Assembly: GCA_001642005.1 (NCBI GenBank)
Contig: LWCA01000178.1
Location: forward strand, 1 to 44,238
From: Intoshia linei
Lineage: Eukaryota; Animalia; Orthonectida
Reading direction: 5' to 3'
DNA: 44,238 nucleotides
Below are positions 12,177-23,000 of the stretch, one piece after another. The translations under genes and the position numbers were made by a program. Under the pieces are notes generated by a model, which saw only the letters and a program-made list of their open reading frames with translations, was not told the DNA's origin and made no database searches. Each line of letters starts with the position of its first letter. The stretch's first letter is position 1.

Positions 12177-15100
12177 ATGACTTCATCCATGAATGCAAAT
12201 TTTAAACCAGAGGAGAATCCTAATAGGGCCCCTTATAATCCCTCCTACCAGAACGATGCTAGATTTGCAACAAGAGAAAATTACATGGTAAATCGAATGC
12301 CTCATAATCCTGAATATCCATACAATTCCAATGTTCATTTTCCACAAACCAAAAGCCCAGTAGTTTCGAGTTTATACGATGAAAACAAAAATTCTCAAAA
12401 CTCTATACACAAAAACAATTACGAGTACTATAATAATCACATGCCCCACAGACCAAGAGAATATCCCTATTTCCAAGCAGAATATAAAAATTCTCGAATT
12501 GATCCCGGATTACAGTCACCAAATTCTCAAATGTCATTTCAGTATTCTGTAGATCCTAACACAGACCGGAAAATGTTCCCTGACCCAAAAATGCATACAC
12601 ACATGCAAAATCCTGGTGCTAAAATTCCTGCCATGATGGCTAACTCTGCTATGAATGAGTCACACAGTTACCAATACAACCCCAATTTTATGTATCAACA
12701 AAAAATGGAACATATAAATACGCCTCAAAACAGACATACATATTACGAGCAATCTAAACCTCCGTATGACCCACACATGTACTCATCTATGCCACATTAT
12801 AACCCAAGAAATTCTGTATATTCTCCAGTTAATCACACTCAATATTCTTATAAATACCCTTCCAATGGATATGAACCCCTTGATAGTATGTATTTCCCTA
12901 AAATTGTATTCATAAATATTTAGATCACAGATTTCCGAGGCATCCTCAAAAATATATGGGTATTCCCGATCCCGTGAGTATTGTTTTTACTTTTTTTATT
13001 TAATTTTAGAATCAAAACTATGCAATGTCTAATGTTGATTCTAAGAATTATCAAAATATGCAATATATGCGTAATCAGGTTAGATTTATTCTTTTAATTA
13101 TTTTTGTCTTAATGCAATTTATTTTTAGAATTCACTACTTGAAAAAGCCCTTTCTCCGAATATATCTCCTAATCATCAAAACTCTAAAAAATCTTTACAG
13201 TCAATGGATATTCTTAAAAAGCAACTGGAAATGGGAATCGAACCTGAACGATCTGAATTTTTGCATAAACTTTTTAGTTTCATGGATCAAATTGGATCTC
13301 CCATCAACGAATATCCAGTTATAAGCAAATACATGATTGATCTTTTTAAATTATTTACCACAATTCAGGGTTACGGTGGTGTCTATAATGTGAGTATTAA
13401 TTTATTCAAGTTATATTTTTTAAGGTTACCAAAAACAAAAAGTGGCGAGAAATCTGTACAATTCTTGGAATGTCGTCTTCTGGTAGTGGAGGGTTCAGTT
13501 TAAAAAAAAGATATGTGTCATATTTATTATATTACGAATGTTATTTTTGTAACAACCAAGAAAACCCTACGCTTTTAATTCAAAAACTGGACAGTATTAA
13601 AATTAGAAGAGACACCAGAAAAAGTAATGTTATTTGTATTTATTATTTACAAATTTAGAACCCATAGCCTATGACTCAAGGTCCCCAAAAACTACAAATG
13701 ATTCTCAGATGGACAACAGTGAGGATAGCAGAGATACTACCGATATAACAATATCCAATCAAAATGGTCCAAATTCAGATGAAAAATCTGTGAATAACGA
13801 ACCCTTGTCTAAGAATGATTTACCCAATGCATATTCTAGAAACGATTACTATTCTGCCAATAGGCAAATGAAAGGTCCATATAAAGTGTCGCATCCACCG
13901 TATAACCGTAGTGTGTATTTTCCTACAGTCAATCAAGTGGTCGACATGAATGAAAATAATTATCATGTTTCAATGAGAAAGAATCTAGTGCCAGATGCAT
14001 ATAACCGTCCTCGGGAACCTAGACCGAGCCTAGTCATGCAATCTAAACAAAGTCCATTTCAAAATAGATATTACTTTAACGAATCACTAAATTCTACTCC
14101 TAAAATGCTAAAGCAAGGCGTATATCGTCCTCATCAGTCCAATTCTGTCTCGGAACAGAGTGGAATGCACGAAATGTATTCCAAGTATAAATACATGACT
14201 GATCAGGGAAATAGTAAATACTTGTGATTATTATTTTACATTATGTTTAGATTCTGATGTCAATATGCTTGACGTAAAGGATGACCGACAAGCTCAAGGT
14301 TATACCAATATTGTCGATTCAATTAAACGCAAATATGGGGTATTTTTGAGTTTGTTTAAATGAAAAATGTTTAGTTTCATCCAATATACAAAAAAGGTGT
14401 TACTTTTCCTGAGAACTGCACTGAAAACACTGCTTTACAAGACAAAAAACAAGAAATTCTGAAATCTAACAAATTGAGTGAGACATTGGTTAATATTTTT
14501 AATTTTACTTTAGTGGATATTGATCCGTGGAAAATTGTCATGTCTCTAAAATGTGGTTTAATCACAGACTTGACTTGGGCATTGGATGTTTTATCAGTTT
14601 TAATTTGTGACGACGAAATTGTTTACTATTTTGATTTGAAACGACTTAGTGGCTTACTCGCCGTTCTAGTTTCCCTGTATTGTGACTACGTGTCCAGTGT
14701 TTTCCCAGTGTTCAGAGAATTTTATTTTAAAGATCAAACTGAAGATTTTCAATATCGCGTTTACGACATGTATGAACCCCCTAGTAAATCTGGTCAAGCT
14801 GAATCACTTTCTATCAGCGACAATAAAATTGATGACACTCCAGTCGGTATATTTTCAATGTGTAAGGAGCAAACTTTAGACCGTCTGACTAGGTTGTGTG
14901 CAATTTCTACAATTCTTAGAAATCTCAGCTTTGTGCCTGGAAATGATGAAAATATGGGAACAAACTTTGAATTTATCAGTTTATTAAGTAAACTCATAGA
15001 CTATGATGTTGAAAACGTGAAACAAGTCTCTACTCATCTCGACGACGTCATCGAATCTGAGTTTAACAAGTGTATGCGTAAAGATGAACATTTCAAATTC

Positions 15101-15850
15101 TATCTCACTATTATACGCGAAAATAACTTGGTCATTTTGGGAAATGTAGCGGGTATATTGAAACTTGATTTATGGAATGACAAAATTGTCTGTCGACTTG
15201 TCGGGTCTGTTATTTATTGGATAACCTGCAAAAGCACAATTGCAGAGTCTCCATTTGCTATCACCCAAAATTCTTCATTGTCACCTGAACGCATTTGTAT
15301 TGAAATTTTATGCAAATTAATCGTCATTAATCTCAACTTTGATTACATTTTGGTCAGTAATTTCGATAATATCATTGGATTTATTAATATAATCGATCAA
15401 AAACATCTTATCAATTCTGAACAAATGATGCGTGAATTTTCTATAGTTGTTCTATGCAGATTTGCAGAATCAGACAAAAAACTTTTATTCGAAATTGCTT
15501 CTCGTAAACGTATTTTGCAAAGGTTGATTGAGTTTGTAGAAGTTGCTGAATCTCAATCGTATGAAGTGGTTTCCATTCAAGGGCCCATGGCTTTGAAAAA
15601 AAATCCTGAACTTATGGGCACAACTAAAGATATATTGCTAAGATGTTGCCGAATTTTCTATGCCATAGCAGTTTATCAAAATACAGTCGGATTTTTAAAT
15701 CCATTTAAAACTCGTCTCATGTACTGTTCAATGACAAAATTGTTTGATGAAAAAATTATCTTTATTCTCACAAGCATTGTATTTTTTATAGACAATGGAT
15801 GTAATTTAGATGAAGACGTAAAGATGAAAACTTCAAACCCTCAACAGTAA
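12177..15850 (+). CDS. ARID1: ARID1/osa/BAF250 SWI/SNF subunit, about 1123 aa, 9 exons
   Basis: Exons 12177-12885, 12924-12973, 13010-13078, 13129-13389, 13425-13623, 13659-14213, 14251-14339, 14375-14477 and 14514-15850 total 3372 nt. ARID domain EPERSEFLHKLFSFM...IDLFKLF...GGVYNVTKNKKWREICTILG...SLKKRYVSYLLYYEC. Also the VTFPENCTENT motif and a BAF250_C domain (PWKIVMSLKCGLITDLTWALDVL, ISTILRNLSFVPGND, IRENNLVILGNVAG). The N-terminus is P/N/Y/Q-rich; the start may lie further upstream. Confidence 0.95.
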
Positions 15851-16006
15851 AATTTGCTAATACCTTACCTTTGCTTTACGATAAGTGCTTACAGGCGTGT
15901 ATATATTTTTATCCAACTTCTAACACATCAGCCACTTATGAATTTTACATGTAATAATAAATTTCTGATTTGTATATTTGTGTAATAAATTTTACACTTA
16001 ATTTTA

Positions 16007-17681
16007 TTAATCTGAATTGCACAAATTTGTGTCACAACAAGTTGCCACAAAATCATATGTCCAGAATCCATTTTTTCGATTTTTTATGGTGCAAAAATTG
16101 CTACAATCCCGTGCGTACATTATCCAAACGGGGTATTTCGTTAATCGTATCTTTAACGTCTAAATTCATATACAATTTATATTTGAAAATTGATGAATAT
16201 TCAAAGGATTATGGTTAACCTGTGTCGTTATTCAATCCAAACGTAGATACCGGAAAGGAAACTTTATATTGCGAACGAAATGATAGAAATTTGCTAACCC
16301 TCAATAAAATATAGGTTAATAGTGGAGATTTTAGGACTTGGATTTTTCAAAATAATTAGTAATTTGGGTTTTGAGTCAAAATGTAAATTTCAGACCGTAA
16401 TGATGCAAGTTTCTGAAAGGAAATTTTATCTTACGGTCTGAACAGGAAAAAACTAGCTTGGAATTTGTTTTTTAATTTTTAAAACTCCGTTATATAAATA
16501 AATGGTTACAGTACATTTTTAGTAACTTTTATTAAGATGCAATGGTAGTTTTTGCATTTTCTTTCTTTTATTTACAGATTAAAGATCGAAACCAGTGTTT
16601 CCCGATTCAAATAGTGTACGGACCCCTAATTAATTTTTTTTATCCCAAAGGAAATATAAAATAATTATTCAAAAATAGAAGTTATTTCTGAAAAGATTCT
16701 GTATAATCGTGCATTTCAAAAAAATACTGGAAAAAGTGAATTTTGGATTAAAAATTATTTCTCATAAGATTTGATAAAATCTGAATATTCAAAAAAAGAA
16801 AATATTTCATTTAAGGGTTGGTAAAATCGTGATTTTATAAAAAAATTTAAAATAATGTTTTTTCTATAAGAGTTTGTAAAATTAGATTTTTTATTTTTGG
16901 GTTTGATTAAGTAAATTTATAAAAAAAATATCGGTAAAAGTAGATTTTTCCCTGATGGTTTCAAATTTTTTATTAATGGTGGGATAACAGTGGAATTTTT
17001 GAAATAATAATTTAACGATCCTCTAGGCTTTGCGATAAATTCCCAACATCTGACAACTCTGTAATAAATAAAAAAAATTTGATTAAAATTGTTTATAAAA
17101 TATTTATATATATTTGAGTTTCACGGACCCAGGCTTATATTTTTGGACCCAAAGGGATCCAGAACCCCAATCGAGAAACACTGATTAAAATTGTCGAATT
17201 ATACACCTATGATAGCAACAAAATAAAATTTAATGTGTTTATAATATGTATTTTTAGTAAATTTTTTTTAACCTCATTTCCTTACTACACCGACCTTACT
17301 AAATTAAATAACTTACTATAATAAAATATGTAAAACATTTCTTAATGGTATAGTGAATTTCCTTAACGATATTTTCTGTCGTTAATTTAAAATAAACAGG
17401 TATATTTTTTGAAGTATTTTTAACTCAAATATGTACTTAAATATACTCAAGAAATGAAATAGTATCATTGCTTTGCCAATCCCATGTACAACAAATAAAT
17501 GAGTTACCTCACATGTTTCGTTTTGATAACAAAGTCGGGTAACAGTACTTTCATCAGGTACTGCACAATTGGTGTTGCGATGATCCGAAAAACAGGAATA
17601 ACATTCTAGTGAATAAACACTTAAAAAGAGAAATAAAGCACAAATGATAAAAAAAAAGTTATTTTTAAAAGAACTATGCAT
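16007..17681 (-). CDS. Ly6/uPAR (three-finger) domain protein, 108 aa, with signal peptide and no GPI signal
   Basis: Exon 1 (17681-17508): MHSSFKNNFFFIICALFLFLSVYS-LECYSCFSDHRNTNCAVPDESTVTRLCYQNETCE, donor GTAACT. Exon 2 (16159-16007), after TTTAG, phase 0: TLKIRLTKYPVWIMYARDCSNFCTIKNRKNGFWTYDFVATCCDTNLCNSD*. The mature part has 10 Cys, an LxCYxC start and a CCxxxLCN end. Confidence 0.9.
16593..17183. mobile_element. hAT (Buster-type) MITE in the intron of the Ly6 gene
   Basis: TIRs CAGTGTTTCCCGATT and AATCGAGAAACACTG (14/15). Flanks ATCGAAAC and ATTAAAAT match 5/8. Subterminal GGACCC repeats at both ends. Confidence 0.75.
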
Positions 17682-17899
17682 TTGACCAAAATAAAATGAA
17701 TCTATAAGAAAACATAGTTGAATGAAAATGATATGCTTGCTTGAATTACTCACACTAAGATAACAATTTAATTATAACTTTGTTAAATACGTCAATACCA
17801 ACCTGTTGTTTTTATCAATAAAATACGTTAAACTTATTTCTCAATTAATTGTATATATACTTTGCTAAAATGACCAGAAAGAACAATAGAAAAAACAGA

Positions 17900-18030
17900 G
17901 AATACGATAAAAAAAGTTCACAACAGGGAGGTAATTGAGGCTCATTTTCAAGTGCATCTATAATAATAGATCCAAAAACTGCGAATGTGGCGAACCCCAA
18001 TACAGTACATGTATTCTAAAATTTTATCAA
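17900..18030 (+). mobile_element. Possible decayed LINE ORF2 C-terminal zinc-finger remnant
   Basis: KFTTGR*...SKNCECGEPQ followed after a frameshift by TVHVF resembles the non-LTR 'TG.G...C.CG..QT..H' tail. Short and disrupted. Confidence 0.3.
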
Positions 18031-18105
18031 TATTTTCAGAAAGTAACGAGATAAACAAGATGTATTTAAATATAATACAACGTATAATTTAACTTATTTC
18101 TAGAT

Positions 18106-18280
18106 CAGGGTGGCAATTCATTTTTCTGACTGTGTCAATTTGAAATAATTATATCTAACTACATTAATAACTATTAATAATAATGTTTATGTAGAACTAA
18201 ATATTTATTATTTTTTTATGTCAAAAATACATTAATTAAACGAATTAAAAATCTCCCAAGTCTGTATTTTGCCACCCATG
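18106..18280. mobile_element. Short hAT-type MITE
   Basis: Termini CAGGGTGGCAA and TTGCCACCCATG. Flanks TTCTAGAT and TTCTACGT give a 6/8 TSD. Confidence 0.6.
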
Positions 18281-18891
18281 TTCTACGTTCTATTGAAAAT
18301 GTGGTATGTACTAAAATGCAACTATAAGCTAATGCAGTGGTTCTCAAGTTGAAAAATTCAACCTTTTTCAAACAAAATGTGGTCCAACAAACGTTATACA
18401 AATTTTTGTAGCTTCATCCATGGAAAATAGTCTACAGCAAATTGAACTTAGAGCAGCTCTAGTAGTTAAATGAAGAAAGTTGTTTGACTCTAATTTAAAA
18501 ATGTGCACAACCAACGGCATAATTTGTTTAAGCGATTACATTGTTGAACGTTGCGGAATCTAAATATTTTTGTTTAAATTTTTTATCCTATAATCGAAAG
18601 AAGACACGGCTATTTTAATTAAATCGCATAGTTTTTTTCAGTAGTACATATTATATAAGAATGAAGAATAAACTTTTACTACTTCGTAATGAAGTAAGCT
18701 TTCCAAGGGTAATATTCAGAAAAGACTTATAATTTTATAGGTCCTGTGATGGCCTTTTTAAAATTTAACATTCAAAGTAAAAATTTAATATTTTTTTAAA
18801 TTTAAATTTATGATTTTAAAATCCGTATCAGAGTATATATTTTTTAAATTCTCGAACTGGAAAAATCATCTGGCCCTGCCTTGCATGTAGT

Positions 18892-20015
18892 CAGGGTCGT
18901 GGAGATCCATCCGTAGGTCTGGGTCAGGTGGAATTTGTAGGCCCATATAAAAAAATTTTAAAAAATGGGGCTTATATATCATAGTTTCTCAACCGGGAGT
19001 CTCGAAATTTCTCAGGGGGTCACAAATTTTGATAAATTATTTAATTTTTTTGGAACCAGAAAGCTGCTACGATTCGTCAAAATCTCGTTATGACTTATAA
19101 CTTATGAGAGAATAATTTTTTCAACAAACTTTGACATTTTATCAGCATCTTATGAAGTTTCACGAATCATTGCTCAACAGAAAAGATTTCTTTTCATTGG
19201 AGAAACTCTTACCAAACAGTGTCTTCTTAAAGTCGTAAATTAGTTTTAGGAGAAAAAAAAGTCAGAAAGTATCACTAATATCACTATCCACAGGCGTATA
19301 TTAGACATGTTTTTAGATGTCAAAAAAATAAATATTTTATGAAATAAAAAGTTCCCTTTATTCTGTATCCAAGTAGACGAATCAATGTATATCAGTTCAT
19401 GTTCCCAATGATGGTTTTTGTGAAGTATATTCATTTTTAATGAAATTAAGGAAGAACTCTTATTTTGTAGTCAACTCCTTACCAATATAAAAACAATGGA
19501 TATTTATAAAAAAATGGATTACTTTTTTATTGAAGTAAATTTAAAGTGAAACAATATACGCGGTGTTTGTACTGATAGTGCACCAGCTATGCTTGGGTCA
19601 AAATCTGGGTTTCAGGTAAAAATAAAGAAAAAGTTTCTGGTATTAGAGGGGCAAACTTTTCATTAATTTAACGTAATTTTGTATTTTGAATCGTTAGAAA
19701 TAATTTTTTTAGGGTTCAAAAGATTTTAAAAATTATTAAAAGTATCAAAAAATTGTTCGTTTGTTCGTGATAAAGGGAGGGGTCGCGACTCTCGAGGTTA
19801 AAAAGTTGAGAACCACTGCTCTATACATTGCTTAATCGATCGATCACTATCCAAAAATTAAAAATAATCGTTGGAAATCTCATGGGTAAGCGAATTTTTG
19901 ATAATCGAAATTATTATAGAAATATTCGAACATTACCTATTAATAAATTAAAAAAGTAGACCCATCATAATTGTAGGCCCGAGCCATATTGCCCTAGCCG
20001 CTCTCCACGATCATA
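18892..20015. mobile_element. hAT-type MITE (about 280 bp net) interrupted by a Buster element
   Basis: Termini CAGGGTCGTGGAGA and TCTCCACGATCATA. Flanks CATGTAGT and CCTGTAGC give a 6/8 TSD. The subterminal motif TTGTAGGCCC occurs near both ends. Confidence 0.65.
18980..19818 (+). mobile_element. Internally deleted hAT Buster/Charlie (ZBED5/FAM200-like) transposon with a transposase pseudogene
   Basis: TIRs CATAGTTTCTCAAC and GTTGAGAACCACTG. Disrupted translation at ~19140-19635: SASYEVSRIIAQQKR..IGETLTKQCLLK, TIHRRILDM, IQVDES, KYIHFNEIKEELLFC, IRGVCTDSAPAMLGSKSGF (first two catalytic Asp motifs). Multiple stops and frameshifts. Confidence 0.9.
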
Positions 20016-23000
20016 CCTGTAGCTTGCATACATTTCTACAATTTAATCAACAAAAACTACTATACTGTTAAAATTCATCATATAAACTGGATAAGGGCCT
20101 ATTTTAAATTCCAAAATACGGTCGTTTTGGCTTTTTATGTATTTGAAAATCATTAATTGATACAGGTTTGATAAAGATGATAAAATATGCTTTTTATATT
20201 TTGACTAAATTTAATGTTTATCTCTGGGACTTGATTCATGCTTCAACGATTAATATTGTTGGCTAATATTTAGTCAACACTACTCTAAATTTGTAGATTT
20301 AAAGTTTTTGTGGTTTAGACGTAAATTCCATAATTTAAATTAGTATAGTTTTCAAATTAAATTTTCGATAATTAATTGATGGGTAAATTGATCAATGAAA
20401 TGTTTGAGATTTTATCAATATAAATTAAAAAAATTCATGTCCACAAAAATGAAATTTAATTTCGAATTACAAATTTTACATTTTAAAATACGTAATCCCT
20501 TTTAATTTTTGTAAGTAATTAAAAAAACGAAAACATAAAACATTTTATTAACAAGTCTTATGCAGTTAAGTCGTGTTAGCTAGCTGCAACTAATCAGTAT
20601 AATAAAACGTGCTTAAATTTGTTTAGTTATAATTATAGCTCACAGTATCAGATTTCTAAGAATTGCGAATTAGGCCAGGTGTATATTTATTTTTTCAAAA
20701 CATTTGAATTTAAAATGTTAATTTTCAATTTATAAATGCGTTTCTATATAATTTTTGACTAATGCGTATTGAAATATTAAAGCAATATAGAATTTATCTT
20801 TTTTTATTCCATTAATTGAATTTCAATTTAATTTTGATAGATTTTAAAATCAATTTTTGAAACAATTATAAATCAGCCTGCTTAATAAGCACTGCTTACT
20901 CATCAATCCAATTTGAATTCAAAATATCAAGTTTTTCTAGGTCAATAACCCAATTGAATTGTACATCTTGTGTAAACGGATTAAAATTTTTATTATGATG
21001 GCTGAGTGCAATTTTATTTCTTCACTCGACAATATTATGGGGGTTTCATGCATTTGACCTCTATATATGTGACTAATTATCTACATTTTAGCTTGTGTCA
21101 ATAAATTTGTTTTATTGGCCAATAGCGTTTATCCAGTTGTAAATATTGAATCCATCATTTACTTTGTTTGTATAAGGCAAATATAGTATTATCATCTTAT
21201 TGGCATTCATTTTGAAATATATTTTGCACTGCTCGTTTGATTTTTTCATTTTTTGCTTTTATCTTTTTACTTTGGATGCAGTCTAGTAATTTTTTAATTA
21301 TTATAATAATGTTAAACTTGAAAATAAGTTGGTTTGGTATTGTTTTACATTACATTAAAGTTTTCTCTTTTTTGTCTGTACCATTTATTAACCTTTTAAA
21401 AGAGAATATGCTGGATATCGGTAGCCCTTTAAAATAGTTTATTATGATAGTAAGTAACCCAATTTCATTATTTGTATTTACTTTTAAAAAGTAATAAAAT
21501 TTTTATTTGTCAATCTTATTTTCGATTGGTTTTAAATTTTTTACATTTCATTTCGCCTTTCTGATTAAAAATAGGAATATGCCATGTTTCGTAGATCCTA
21601 ATGGGAAATTTTCAGTGCTCGTTTTTCATGCAATTTTCATGCAATAGTATCGTTAAAATTAACTTTGAACAAAAATACAAATTGTATAAATTAAAATGCT
21701 TTAATTATCTTGATTAATTTGTGACAATAAAAATAAATTTGAGGCTCTTAAAGTTTTTTGTTTTGAATTTTAATCGTTTTATTCAAAATCAATTGTAATT
21801 AACCTTTTTGTAGTAAACTAATTTAAGTAATTTATACAGTAGTTAATTCGGAAATATTTTTTAATTTGAGAGAAATTTATACTTCCATAAAGCATAAAAT
21901 ATTGAAACATTCGGGTGATTCTAATTTTTATTTATTCTCTATTTAATGTAATTCTATTATAAATCATGAGACCCAGGGTTTTACCAGGTAAAAATGGTTT
22001 TTATATAGTGCATAGATGTAACACAATTAAGTCTATCTGTTTCAATTTTTAGCATAAATATTGAATTAAACGTGCTAGCATAGATTTGGTGACCCTTTTC
22101 GATACTGAGCCAAATATTTATTTTGAACTACTAAGGATTGAACCGTTAATTTTGTTGAGGATAACTTAACGATTTGCAGATCCCAATACTGAATAATATC
22201 TAATATGAGTAATCTGAATTTAAATAATAAATATATTAGTTTCATATGGACACAAACTGTAATTATTTATCTTTACATTCACACAGATGTTGTCTACTTG
22301 GATTTGAATTACTGTATAAAAATCTTTTCATTTTTTTTACTTTATTTTGTAGCAACCTATTTATTTTACGGAATTATTTAACATTTAATTAAATATCAAT
22401 ATCAATATCTCATTAAATAAATTAATATATTATCATTAATTAATAAATTATTAATTCCTGGACGCACGAACATTTATTAGGCACACATCTGTTAATTAAT
22501 TAACAATTTCGTGTAAAATAAAAAATGAAATATTTTCACATTATAGTGCTTCTATCAAAACGGGAAAAATTGTAAGCATTTTATTAGCAAGTTAAATTTA
22601 ATTTTATGTATCATTTTTATTGGTCCATTTTTTAAAAATTTTTATAATGGAAAAATTATCTGGGAAGCATTCTCTGTAAATTTATAGGGATGACTAAACC
22701 ATATAAAGATACAATTAGTTCGACCTTGAAATAACACTAGCCCTATGCTGGAATTGGTACAATTTTCGTTTATCAATTAATTAACATTATGTATAAAAAT
22801 TCGTAAAATGGTTTGTTAAATGTTTGTTTGAAAAACGATAAATATGATGTGACTAAACATGTTGTTTATATTATAGTTATTGCCTTTTTGAGTTTTTTAA
22901 ATTGCAATTTTATAACAATTTTACTGTAGATTATGTTTGAATATATGGTATATTACAATAATAATTTTACAATTTCAACTAATTTAAAATCATTCTAATC

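Noticed and set aside
14377-14997. Short ORFs overlapping ARID1, and similar ones overlapping LYPLA, TRIP11 and the GPCR
   Set aside because: These are shadow frames of real exons.
20880-21440. Coding-like minus-strand stretch, possibly an integrase remnant
   Set aside because: It has several stops and no convincing HHCC or DDE motif, so it cannot be assigned without a search.
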